Made by a program: the position numbers and the translations under genes | Shown here: piece by piece, positions 52,826 to 63,200 of the stretch | Layout: each line of letters begins with the position of its first letter | Numbering within the stretch: the stretch's first letter is position 1 | The notes under the pieces: model-generated | What the model was told of the DNA's origin: nothing | The model's input: the letters and a program-made list of their open reading frames with translations, nothing else | Databases searched by the model: none | Origin: a virus | Lineage: Duplodnaviria > Caudoviricetes | Direction: 5' to 3' (one strand) | IMG/VR virus record: IMGVR_UViG_3300048998_000202 | Length of the DNA stretch: 64,000 nt

Positions 52826-54385
52826 TCACGTCATCCCCTGAGTCAAGATCTCCCGCCGCATGGACGCCGTCAGGAACTCCTCGCCGGTTACCCCGTGGCC
52901 CAGCAGGGCGTCCGAGTGGCCGTTGCCCCGCAACATGCTGTACATCAGCGAGACCTCGACGGACTTCTGGACCAGCATGCTACGGATCGTCAACGACGGG
53001 CCCCCGGAGCCGATCCTGGAGGCCCGGTTGATCCGTTGGGTCCGCAGGCCGAATGTCGTGGCGAGATCGTATTCGACCACGTAGGACGCCTCGGGCAGGT
53101 TGATCCCCCGGGCAACCGCGTCTGAGGCGAGCAGGATCGCACCCCCCTGATGCTTTTTAAAATGATCGATGCCGTCCTCCTCGTCATGGGTGAAGACGGG
53201 GAGGTGTCGAGCCGTCAGAGCCGCACGCAGGTGTGGGATCACCGAGGGGCCGAAGAAGCTGAAGACCAGCACCTTGGCGTCCTGGCTCTTGACGATCGGC
53301 TCTACGTATTCCACGAGGCGATCGGTCTTCGCCGACGGCAACGCCCGGATGTAGTCCTCGCCGTACTCCTCCACGAGGGCTCTGGCGAGCTTGGACTTGC
53401 CCACGGTGGCTGAGTGGATGAGGGCCGCAGGGTGGGCACAGATCTGCCTCAGAGCGGTCATCTGGCCCGGGGCGTCCAGTTCCTCGACGAAGTCATAGAG
53501 CTTGCGCTGATCCCCCTCCAGATCGATCCACAAGGACTCCTCAGTCGTGGCCGGGAACTGGTCGATGACGTCAGCGTCGGTCTTGGACTTCGCCAGCACC
53601 ATCGGAGAGCACAGGTCGGCGAACTCCCCCATCCGGAAGTCGTGGTACCGGGCCCGGCCGTATACGTCCCTCCCCCGTACGAAGTACTTCTCGAACTCAC
53701 CTATGCGCGGCATCAATGCCGGTCGCAAGAGCCGCAGTTGGTTGAATGAGTCCTCCCAGTTCTTGCGGACCGGTGTCGCGGTCAGCATGACCACGGGGAT
53801 TTTAAAAACCTTCCGGAGAGTCTTGAGGACGTGTTCGTACGATCGATAGTTCATGGCCGATCGGTTGCTCAGCCGGTCGGCCTCGTCAAAGATGATCATG
53901 GGGTGTCGCGCATGATCGAAGATCCTGGTGAGCAGGTCACCAGAGGAGAGCTTCCGGCCTTTGCGGCCCGTCTTCTCGGCCTGAACCAGATCCGCTTTTC
54001 CGGTCTCGAACGTGGTGATGAGCACCTGCGGCAGACCGTCCCGGGCCAGCTTCCCCTTGCGGGATGGTCCGTGGTGGATCCGAACGTCCAGCTTGGTGAA
54101 CTCCTCGAAGTCTGCCTTCCACTCCTTGAGCTTCCCTCGCTCACAGACGAGCAGGACGAAGTCCATGACATCGTCCTCGAAGCCGAGTGTGGCCAGCCGC
54201 ATGGCAGCGTGGGACTTCCCCAAGCCGGTGTCCCAGACGAACATCCATCCCGGAATTCCGGACTGGATTCCTAGGTACGCCTGTGCGATGTCCTCGGCCT
54301 GGAACGGATACAGGCCGCGAGGACTGTAGTAGAGAGCCCCCTCCGGCCAGGAGCTGGAGGGGGCCTCAGTGACCGTGGCCGTCAC
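52826..54385 (-). CDS. SNF2-like SF2 helicase
   Basis: LYPFQ, WDTGLGKS, FDEAD, LTATP, RGINL, QRINRASRIG. Confidence 0.85.
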   Translation of the reverse strand: MTATVTEAPSSSWPEGALYYSPRGLYPFQAEDIAQAYLGIQSGIPGWMFVWDTGLGKSHAAMRLATLGFEDDVMDFVLLVCERGKLKEWKADFEEFTKLDVRIHHGPSRKGKLARDGLPQVLITTFETGKADLVQAEKTGRKGRKLSSGDLLTRIFDHARHPMIIFDEADRLSNRSAMNYRSYEHVLKTLRKVFKIPVVMLTATPVRKNWEDSFNQLRLLRPALMPRIGEFEKYFVRGRDVYGRARYHDFRMGEFADLCSPMVLAKSKTDADVIDQFPATTEESLWIDLEGDQRKLYDFVEELDAPGQMTALRQICAHPAALIHSATVGKSKLARALVEEYGEDYIRALPSAKTDRLVEYVEPIVKSQDAKVLVFSFFGPSVIPHLRAALTARHLPVFTHDEEDGIDHFKKHQGGAILLASDAVARGINLPEASYVVEYDLATTFGLRTQRINRASRIGSGGPSLTIRSMLVQKSVEVSLMYSMLRGNGHSDALLGHGVTGEEFLTASMRREILTQGMT

Positions 54386-54672
54386 GCGGCCACCTGCTCG
54401 GGATCTATCACCAGGAACTCCCAGGAGACCTGGGCCAGACCGCTGGGCTCCATGAGTTTGAACGCCACCAGCTCATTGCCGCTGTACAGCTCCAAGGCGG
54501 GATGGGCCACATCCACAACCCCGTAGAACGTCACGTGGTCCTCGCCGATCACCCTTCGCGCGGGGGCCTCCCGGCCGCCGCACTTGATCGTCCAGGGACC
54601 GGAATCGTGCAGGGCGCGCTCGATCTGGCGAGCGCGCATCACGATCTGCGCGGTCATCATGTCGAGTGTCAC
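54382..54672 (-). CDS. hypothetical protein
   Basis: GGAGG RBS, GTGA overlap. Confidence 0.7.
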   Translation of the reverse strand: MTLDMMTAQIVMRARQIERALHDSGPWTIKCGGREAPARRVIGEDHVTFYGVVDVAHPALELYSGNELVAFKLMEPSGLAQVSWEFLVIDPEQVAA

Positions 54673-54743
54673 GGGATCCTCCAGGAATTGTTCCTAGCAG
54701 GATATTAGCTACCCGGAGAAACCTCGTCTACGTGATCATCTGA

Positions 54744-56645
54744 TCAGAATCCGAACGGACTGACCTGGAAGGCCCAGGCGGATGTTCCGGACATGAGCCG
54801 GTAGCCATGCTTCACGCGAGCGTTGAAGGTGCTGTCAGTGAATGTGGCGACCGACGATCCGTTCACTCGGATCGTCACGCTGGTCCCGGAGCAATCCGCC
54901 TGCAACAGGTCTCCGGCGGCCGGTTTGGTGCTCAAGGTGGCCAGCGTCGATCCGATGGTGTTTCCGGCGACGGAGTACACCGCCGAGCGGCCCACCAGGA
55001 TGCCCGTGGGGACCGCTACAGGCTGCCCACTCACGATGGACTGGGCGAGATAGGACCGGACCATCAGGCCCGTGTACAGGTCGCTGTCGGGGTAGCTGGA
55101 GGTCGCCGCGCTGTATCCGAAGCGTCCCTGGACCGTGACGTCGGCTCGTCCGCACGAGTACAGGGCCGGAAGACCGTGGGTGGGGAAGGGGGCGAGGGCC
55201 GCGTTGAGCACCACCGTGTTGGAGGCCACGGTGAAGGCGTTGGCGGCCCGGTAGTCCGTGGAGGTGGGCGGGAGCTTCCACTGGAGGGCCTGACCGGTCT
55301 CGGCGAACTCCAGGGCGGTGCCGTTCGGGTGAGTGCCGGATTCGGTGAGTACCGGAGTGGCCACCGTGTAGATCAGACCGATCTTCGACAGGTAGGCCAG
55401 CAGGGACGTCAGCATGGTGTTGGAGACGTCGCCGGGATCAATGGCCACCTGAGGTCGGGTGGTCCCGGTGGCCCCGAAGAACCCCAGGGTGGTGGAGGTT
55501 CCGGAGTGGGTCCGGTGGCCGTTGACAATGACGTCGCCGACGACCTTCAAGGCGACCTGGGTGGCCAAAGTGCCGCCGATGTTGAGCAGCGAAGGGCTGA
55601 AGGCCGTGCTGTTGGTCCCGGCGGCCAGGGGGCCCACTCCCCCGAACCAGTCGGTGGCCGACACCACATCGCTGGGGTCTCCGGCCAGGGTCTTGTTGGC
55701 CCCAAGAGCGATGGGGATCTGGCTTCCGGCCCAGGGCAGCCCGTTCTGCTGGGCGATGTTGGCCACGCCGATGGTGGTGTGGTTGCTCCCGGCGGACGAG
55801 GTGGGGTGGTTGGCGCCGATCTTCAGTGCCCCGGAAGCTCCGATGACGTTGCCGGGCCCGACCACTGTGGATCCGTTCGGGACCGACATGGAGCCGGAGG
55901 GTCCGTTGAGAGAACCCACGACGGTCATGTCCCGGCCCTGCTTGGTCAGGTTGGCCGCGCCGAGCGTGGTGGAGTTGCCGGTGGCGTCACCGCTCTCCGA
56001 GGACAGCACCGTGGCGAAGTCGCCCGGTGTGCCGGTGGAGAGCTGGGCTGCGATCTGGCCCACGCCCAGGATGGTCGCTGAGGCGCCGTAGACGTCAGCC
56101 TGCTCGCCCAGGGCGGAAGATCCGGCGGAGTTCGCCGCCGCGTTCTCTCCCGCGTGGTAGCCCACCCAGGACTGGTAGGGGTTGAAGTCGGTGGGCGCCT
56201 CTCCGGTGAGGACGACCGAGCCCGCCGAATCGCCCACGTGCTGGTGGGTACCGACGGGATCGGTTACCCGGAAGACGGCCTCGCCGGGGAGCGATGACAT
56301 CAGAACGCCCTGGTAGACCGTGGTGTCAGCGTCCGTGATCATGATGGGGGCGTGGGTCTGGGCGATCTGGTCCGGGGGCGGCATGAGGTCCACGCCGTCC
56401 AGCACGATCCGAACGTTGTCGGAGACTTCCGCGATGATCTGCACCCGGGAGGGGACGTCCATCCAGACGTCGATCACGGCGGGGTCGACGAACAGCGGGA
56501 AGGCGATCGGGTTGCCGCCGGAGGACTGGACGAAGACGTCGACATCCAACGGGATGCCGGAGGCGTCGTTCAGCGTCACCAGGGCGTATGGGAAGACCGT
56601 CCCGGAGCTGTTGATCAGGGGCAGGTGCAGATGAGCACGGGTCAC
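54744..56645 (-). CDS. tail fibre / minor tail protein
   Basis: GTG 56645 (TRAHLHLP); Gly/Ser/Thr-rich repeats; LGFFGATGT; C-terminal lectin-like beta domain. Confidence 0.7.
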   Translation of the reverse strand: MTRAHLHLPLINSSGTVFPYALVTLNDASGIPLDVDVFVQSSGGNPIAFPLFVDPAVIDVWMDVPSRVQIIAEVSDNVRIVLDGVDLMPPPDQIAQTHAPIMITDADTTVYQGVLMSSLPGEAVFRVTDPVGTHQHVGDSAGSVVLTGEAPTDFNPYQSWVGYHAGENAAANSAGSSALGEQADVYGASATILGVGQIAAQLSTGTPGDFATVLSSESGDATGNSTTLGAANLTKQGRDMTVVGSLNGPSGSMSVPNGSTVVGPGNVIGASGALKIGANHPTSSAGSNHTTIGVANIAQQNGLPWAGSQIPIALGANKTLAGDPSDVVSATDWFGGVGPLAAGTNSTAFSPSLLNIGGTLATQVALKVVGDVIVNGHRTHSGTSTTLGFFGATGTTRPQVAIDPGDVSNTMLTSLLAYLSKIGLIYTVATPVLTESGTHPNGTALEFAETGQALQWKLPPTSTDYRAANAFTVASNTVVLNAALAPFPTHGLPALYSCGRADVTVQGRFGYSAATSSYPDSDLYTGLMVRSYLAQSIVSGQPVAVPTGILVGRSAVYSVAGNTIGSTLATLSTKPAAGDLLQADCSGTSVTIRVNGSSVATFTDSTFNARVKHGYRLMSGTSAWAFQVSPFGF

Positions 56646-59452
56646 TTGTACGTCACCGCCTGGCTGTACTGGTCGTAGACCCACAGGTAGTTGAAGTTGG
56701 CCGTACCGGTACCGCGTATTCCGAGACCGAATCGGTTGCTGGCCAGCAGGGCCGCCGTGGTGTCTGTCGCAGAGCCGGTCAGGTTGTTGTTGCGGTAGAC
56801 CTGGATCAGCCCGGTGGTGCCGTTGAGGGCCACCTGCATCCGGTCTCCCGCTGCGAAGTTCGAGCTGAGGGTGGCCAGGGTGGTCTGGGTACCTGCCAGG
56901 ACCCGGGTGATCTGCGAATTGTTGATGAAGTAGTAGTTGTTGGGGTCCACATACCGGCAGACGAGGCCCATGGATGTGGTGGGGGTGGTGCCCGTGGCCC
57001 ACTTCAGGTTCGCCACTTTGCCCAAGGTGTTGGTTCCGGACAGGACGTACGCGAGGGCGTAACCGCTGGCGGCCCCGGTGAGCTGGAGGTTGCCCGCCAC
57101 CGTTACGGTGGCTGCCGCTCCGACGCCGGAGAGTACGGGCCACCATGCCTCACTGGAAGGCGCATTGACGAGGGCCCCGGTGGTCTGGAAGGCGTCCCAC
57201 GTCTGCTGCGGAATGAAGTTGATGTTGTTGAACTTCGTCGTGGTCTGGCCGAGGTCGACCCCGACGTAAGTGCCGGAGGAATTCAGACTTCCGGTGGACC
57301 AGACGATCGGCATTCCCGAGAGGCCGTCGCTCCACATGACGTTGTTTCCGGAGCAGGACACGATGTGGAAATGGGTCGCACCGTCGAAGATGGTGGACCC
57401 GATCGTGGTGAGGTTCACCGGGGAACCGATAACGGTATAGGTGTCGGAATGCGCCGCAGCGGCCTTGACCGCGAAAGAAATCGTATTCGCGGCCTGGTCC
57501 AGGAGCAGGTATCCGGCCGCTGCCGCGTCTCCGGCATCTCCGGTGTGCCGTAGGGCGAGGCATGCCCTGTTACCGGTGCTGGTAAAGGTCAAGCCGATCT
57601 GATAACTCTGCTTGGTGGTCAGCATGTTCTTCAGCACGCCGATACCGGAGGCGAATCCCTTGTAGGCGTTGTGGTCGCTGCCGACGAACCACTGCGGGCC
57701 CGAGGGGTACGGAGTGTTGCTGGAGTAGGCCAGGGGGAGATAGCTGTAGGGCTGGTAGTCGAAGTCGGCTACGCCCAGCGATCCGTCACCCGGGTCTTGG
57801 TGGTAGAAAAAGTCGATCGGTCCGACCGGGCTCCGGAAGGGACTCGGCTGCTGGGTCGAGTTGTTGATGATCAGGCCCATGTTGGCCAGAGACTGGACGA
57901 GGGTGCGCAAAGTGACGTTGCCGTCGTCGGAACCGCTGACCGTCTGGATCGTATTTCCGGCAGAGCCGTAGAAACCGACTCTGGACGTCGGGGTGCCCAA
58001 AGAGGCGATGCCGTAGTTCTGGATGCCGCCGAGGACCGTGGCCAGGGCGCCGTCGTTGCCCAGCATGATCTGGTTCGCACTGGTGGTCGCCGAGTTCGCA
58101 CCGAGCGCGATCGAGTTGTTGTGGGAGGCACCCACTGAGGCGTTCAACCCCAGCGCGAGGGAGTTCGGGCCCAGCGCAGAGGCGTTCTGGCCGATGGCCA
58201 CCGCTGATCCGGCTGCCGCCCCGACCGTGGCACTCGATCCGACGGCCACCCCGTAGTCGGAGGACACGGTGGCGCTCTTGCCGACGGCCACAGCCTCCAG
58301 GCCGCCCGCGTTGGTGTTGTATCCGACGGCCGTCCACGCGGTGGCGGTACCGCTGCCGGTGGCGCCCGAACCGACCGCGAGGGAGTAGTCCGTGGGAGCG
58401 CTGGCGTTGTAGCCCGCCGCGAGGGCGCTGACGCCCACTGCGCTGGCGTTGTAGCCGAAGGCGGTGGCGTTGGTCCCTGACGCTGTGGCGGGCGCTCCTA
58501 CGGCCGTGGAGCCGGTCGCACCGGCCGTTGACCCGGTACCCAGGGCCACCGAATTGCTTCCCGTACCGCTGTGGCTGTGCGGAGGCACGTTGCCGCCGTA
58601 CAGGGCTACGTAGCCGGTCACCCAAATCTCGTGTGGGGTGGTGCCGTCGTACGAGGACTGGCCGGTGTAGGTCAGCAGTGAGTGCCAGGTCCCGGCGGCC
58701 AGGTCGAAGGAGTAGAAGCCCCAGTCCCGGTCCTGGGAGACGGTGGCCTGGGTGGTCTGCACCGAGGCGCCGTCCACGATCTTGACGGTGAAGGTCTCCG
58801 TCGGTGCGATGTCGCTCTTGATCCACATGGAGACGCGTCCGGCCTCCAGCAGGGTGAAGGTGGGGCCCGTGAGGGTCTCCAGTCCCCCGTTGGCCGACTG
58901 GGTCATCTTCAGGGAGTGGAGATAATTCGTCCCGGGTGGGATGGTCCCGGCGTCATAGGAGTGGGTCGCGCCCCCGCTCTGGACGAAGGTCCAGCCCACG
59001 GGGTCGGATCCGGTGGCGAAATTCTGAGAGGCGACGACGACGACCGGGGACAGGCCGGTACCCGACGGAGGATTGCCCCACTGGACCTGTCCAGCGGTGC
59101 TCGTGCTGAGCAGCACCTGGCCGGACACCGACGGGGAATTCACGATCTCCAGCGGGGAGTCCGTGGTGACGATCTGCTCCGGCGGGGGCTGGGCATCGAG
59201 GTAGACCAGGATGTTGTCCATCCCCTCGGCCTCGACCAGGATGGACACCCGCTGGGGAGTGTCCAGCCAGAAGTCGATCACGCCGTTGTCGGCAGTGAAG
59301 GGGTTCGCCAGTTCGTCGGTCCCGCTCGAACCGGCGTACAGCGATTGGCCGATCGGGATGGCGTAGTTCACCTCGCGTACCGTCACCGTCGCGCTGTAGA
59401 GCAGATCACCGCTGCGATTGGTGATGGGGCGGAACAGGTGTGCTCGGGCCAC
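56642..59452 (-). CDS. tail fibre protein with YadA-head-like repeats
   Basis: 14-aa periodic xALG/AVG..A.A repeats; VGFYGS; beta-sandwich C-domains. Confidence 0.75.
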   Translation of the reverse strand: MARAHLFRPITNRSGDLLYSATVTVREVNYAIPIGQSLYAGSSGTDELANPFTADNGVIDFWLDTPQRVSILVEAEGMDNILVYLDAQPPPEQIVTTDSPLEIVNSPSVSGQVLLSTSTAGQVQWGNPPSGTGLSPVVVVASQNFATGSDPVGWTFVQSGGATHSYDAGTIPPGTNYLHSLKMTQSANGGLETLTGPTFTLLEAGRVSMWIKSDIAPTETFTVKIVDGASVQTTQATVSQDRDWGFYSFDLAAGTWHSLLTYTGQSSYDGTTPHEIWVTGYVALYGGNVPPHSHSGTGSNSVALGTGSTAGATGSTAVGAPATASGTNATAFGYNASAVGVSALAAGYNASAPTDYSLAVGSGATGSGTATAWTAVGYNTNAGGLEAVAVGKSATVSSDYGVAVGSSATVGAAAGSAVAIGQNASALGPNSLALGLNASVGASHNNSIALGANSATTSANQIMLGNDGALATVLGGIQNYGIASLGTPTSRVGFYGSAGNTIQTVSGSDDGNVTLRTLVQSLANMGLIINNSTQQPSPFRSPVGPIDFFYHQDPGDGSLGVADFDYQPYSYLPLAYSSNTPYPSGPQWFVGSDHNAYKGFASGIGVLKNMLTTKQSYQIGLTFTSTGNRACLALRHTGDAGDAAAAGYLLLDQAANTISFAVKAAAAHSDTYTVIGSPVNLTTIGSTIFDGATHFHIVSCSGNNVMWSDGLSGMPIVWSTGSLNSSGTYVGVDLGQTTTKFNNINFIPQQTWDAFQTTGALVNAPSSEAWWPVLSGVGAAATVTVAGNLQLTGAASGYALAYVLSGTNTLGKVANLKWATGTTPTTSMGLVCRYVDPNNYYFINNSQITRVLAGTQTTLATLSSNFAAGDRMQVALNGTTGLIQVYRNNNLTGSATDTTAALLASNRFGLGIRGTGTANFNYLWVYDQYSQAVTYK

Positions 59453-59471
59453 GTCTTTCCTCCTCGGTCTT

Positions 59472-59504
59472 CACCCCTTCAGCGGACTGACCCGAGCAGC
59501 GACA
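59472..59504 (-). promoter_or_regulatory. putative late promoter
   Basis: TGTC-N19-TGAAGGGGTG. Confidence 0.45.
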
Positions 59505-60281
59505 TCACGCCAGCTCTGTGTCCAGGCTCCCATCGGTATTGATCTTGAGCGTCCAGCGGATCCCGTCGGTGTCGCTGAGGACGATCCGGGAGCCCGCAGG
59601 GATCTCCACGATGTCCGTGGCGCTGCCCAGCATGATCTGGTTCGCGCTGGTGGTCGCCGCTCCGGGACCGATGGCGGTGGCGTGGGCGTACGTGGACACC
59701 GCGCCGTCGCCGAGGGCCACAGCGCTCAGGGCGGCCGTCTGAGCACCGTTCCCCACAGCGGTGGTCGCATCACCTACGGACTGTGCGTTGCGGCCTACCG
59801 AGACGCCCCCGACGCCCGAGGAGGACGCCCCCGAACCGAAGGCGACGGAGTAGTCCCCCAGGCTGTTGGTCGTAGGGCCCACAGCAGAGGAGCTGACCCC
59901 GCCGGAACTGGCCGACGAGCCGAGCGCCACCGAGGCGTCCCCCACCGATGTGGCCGAGACGCCGATCACCAGCGAGTTCAGCCCGGTACCGGTGTGCGGG
60001 GAATCCGACCCTGCGGCCAGGACGTCCATGTCCTCGTAGTACTGCATCGGCAGACCGCCCTGGACGATGCCGATCCGTACCCGCATCGGGTCGTCCAGAT
60101 AGAAGTCGATCTGGCCGGTGGCGGAGACGTACGGGTTGGTCAGGACGTTGTTGCCCACATCGGTGGAGTACACGACCGGGGTGATGGGCGTGGTCGTGGC
60201 CGCGTTGAAGAGCGTGATCTGGGCGTTGGGCAGGAGATTCCCCTGCTCGTCCGTGACGGGACGGGTGAAGTGGGCGCGCAC
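59505..60281 (-). CDS. short tail fibre-like protein with YadA-head-like repeats
   Basis: RAHFTRP N-terminus; ALG/AVG/AIG repeats; ANQIMLG. Confidence 0.75.
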   Translation of the reverse strand: MRAHFTRPVTDEQGNLLPNAQITLFNAATTTPITPVVYSTDVGNNVLTNPYVSATGQIDFYLDDPMRVRIGIVQGGLPMQYYEDMDVLAAGSDSPHTGTGLNSLVIGVSATSVGDASVALGSSASSGGVSSSAVGPTTNSLGDYSVAFGSGASSSGVGGVSVGRNAQSVGDATTAVGNGAQTAALSAVALGDGAVSTYAHATAIGPGAATTSANQIMLGSATDIVEIPAGSRIVLSDTDGIRWTLKINTDGSLDTELA

Positions 60282-60290
60282 GGGACCTCC

Positions 60291-63200
60291 TTAGTTACCG
60301 GTGTAGATGACGGACTGCGGCATGACGGACGCGTGGGTGGCCGCCGGGGACCCTTCGTCCACGCCGACGGGAACGGTGTCGGGAAGGAACGACCGCTGGG
60401 TGACGGGGGTCGGCTGGATGTTCTGCCGGATGGCCTGGCGGTAGATGTACCACCAGTCCTGAGGGATGACGTTGTGCCAAGCCTGGAACATCGGGTCGTC
60501 GGTGATGACCGGCGTCTGGTCCAGGGGGGTCAGTGAAGGACCGCCCCGCTGGACGGTGTACTTGCCGGGATTGCCGGGGGTGACGGAGTCGAACCAGGGT
60601 CGGACCTCGACCGCGCTGACGCTCAGGTCGGCCGCCGCTCCGGTCACCCGCCACACGATCGCGGCGCCCCCTCCCGCGATGGCCTCGTCTTCGGCCGGGA
60701 AGACGAAGACGCCGTTGGGGTCATTGCGGATGTCCCAGACGGGCCAGAAGGTCTGGCCTTCGTCCCGGCTGAACTCCCACATGATCGCGTCGTTGAAGAT
60801 GCTCAGGTTGTCGACGTACCAGACGTCGTGGGTGACCTCGTTCTGGAAGAGCTGCACAGTGACGTCGTGGACGTCCACGGTGACGTCGCCTTGGGCGATG
60901 TCGTTCCAGGTGCCGATGACCTCCAGGTCGTCCCACGTACCCAGTGCCTCGATGTCGGTCCAGAGCAGCGTTCCATCGGGGACTCCGCCGGATCCGATGT
61001 TGTACTCCACGAACCATTCAGTGATCTGACCGGCAGAGACCATGGCGGGTTCTTCAGCCAGGATCGAGCCGTCCCAGTTGACGAGCTGGAGGAACAGCGG
61101 AGACGACAGCGTCTGTGCGGCAAGCACCCGTACCGCCGCGTACAGCTTGCCGATCGGGGAGACCTCGACGGTCTGGAAGGACTGGATGCCGCCCAGGGCT
61201 GTCGCTGTGACGGTGCCCTCCAGGGTGTCCCAGGTCGGTACGTACGGATTGGGATCGGAGTCCTCGATCCCGTTCCAGGAGGCGAAGTCCTCCATCGACG
61301 ACCACGTCACGGGGGCCCCGGCGCGGTCGACTCGAACCAGCGATCCGACCTCGGTATCGAAGAACGGGTCGGGGGTGATCGTGGCGTCTCCCACCGGCCG
61401 CCAGAACTGGAGGGAGGTGTCGTCGAAATCCGAGTCCAGAAGGAGCTGCTTGGGGGGTGACTGGGTGGTGGCGAACTGAAGGGCCCGCACGGTCCGGAAC
61501 GACTTGTAGGGCTGAGAGGTCAGGGACAGCGGGATGTTGAGGGTCTGCGGGGTGAGGATCGTGTCCTCCCCCAGGGTCCAGTTGGGGATGGCCAGGTCGT
61601 AGACCAGGTTGCTGGCGTCGTGAAAGAGCTCCAGGTAGACGTCGGTGTCGTCGGCGATCTGGAGGTCGGACCGGTACATCTGGATCTGAGACAGGCCCAC
61701 GAAGTACGCCACACGGCTGGTCGCCGCCACGGTGACGTACTCGTAGTAGTGCTGACCGGTGGCCGACTGCCGGGGCATCGTCGGGCTGGGACTCTGCTGG
61801 GCGAAGTTCCAGTACGGCGCGGACAGGGCCATTCGTGCCGCGCCCTGGGGGTCGGTGACGAACTGGGCCTCGGTCGGCAGGTAGGTCGTGGTGGATCCCG
61901 CGTTGGTGTCCACTGAGGCGCTGCCCGAGGCTGTCAGTCGGTTCTGGTCGTCGTACCGGTTGACCGACGCCAGTCGGATATTCGATTGGACGCCTGAGCC
62001 ACCGGAGTTCGAGGACTGCGCCGTGGCCTTGGCGGCTGTCGGAACAGTGTCGGGGTTCTGCGCGAAAATCTTCGCGGTGGAGACCATGGGCGAGTCGGTC
62101 TCATACGGTTCGGCGATCAGGTTCGTAAATTCGAACTTGAAGAACCGGGCCTTGGTCGGATTGAAGTCGTAGAAGCCCTTTTTGAGCTGGTAGTCGCGAC
62201 CGATAGGAGTCCAGAGCAGGTCCTCGTAAACGACGCCGGGACCACCCAGGAATCCGTAAGGATTCAGGGACTGCGTATCTGCGGTCTGCTGCTGGGGGTC
62301 GTAGCGCAGCAGCATGTTGTCCGTGGTCTGGGGTCCCTGGGGGTACTCAGGGGTGACGACGAAATCGGAGTAGTCCGCCCAGTACTGGGTCATCGTGTCC
62401 AGGTCGTCCGGCGTGCCCTGTTTGATGTACAGCGACACCAGTCGGGCGTTGGCCGGTGTGGCGTCCTCGGCCTCTGCGGTCAAGGACCCACCGATGCGCA
62501 GCACTGCCGGAGGATTGGTCCCAGGAACGATCTCTCCGGATACGGCCGTGATGATCTGGTACGGCGGAGGAGGAGTTTCTTCCTCGGAGTTGTCTCCTGT
62601 GGTCTCCAGCGGGGTGTACATCATCAGGTTGGTGCCGTCGTAGGACAGAACGAACCGCAGCCGGGCGTTGTAGTCGAAAGGCAGGCCCGACCAGGTCAGC
62701 AGCATGGTGCCCAAAGACACCTGGAAGACCCCGGTGCTTACCGTGCCGGTGGGGTCTGCACCGAAGAAGACCTTCAGAACGCCGTCATCGTAAATCGCCA
62801 CCTCATCGGTGGAGGTGTACGGGAACTGCGGCTGTACGACCATGCCGATCTGGAACGGCTGTGTGGAGTCGAACTGGACCACCGTGTTGTCGATGTCCAG
62901 GAACGAGGCGCTGTTCGGGAAGAGGATCCCGTCAGGCGCGGGAACAGGCAGCACTGCGCCGTACGGCCGGGTGGCGGGGAAGGACAGCGGGGTCTGGGAT
63001 GCGGTGAAGACCGCTGGATTCGGGATTTGCAGGGAGTAGTAGATGTTCACCGTAGAGCCGGTGTACAGGGGCTCCAGGTAGAACTTCTCGATGACCTGGG
63101 GATTGCCGGACGAGTCCCGGACGTCGGCGTACAGGCACACCACAGCGGAGGCGAAAGGCTGAGGAGCGCACTTCCAGACGGCCCCGGTTCCGGCCAGCAG

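Noticed and set aside
52263-53125. Short ORFs in the 52.1-52.8 kb gap
   Set aside because: No codon bias or convincing RBS; they overlap each other on both strands
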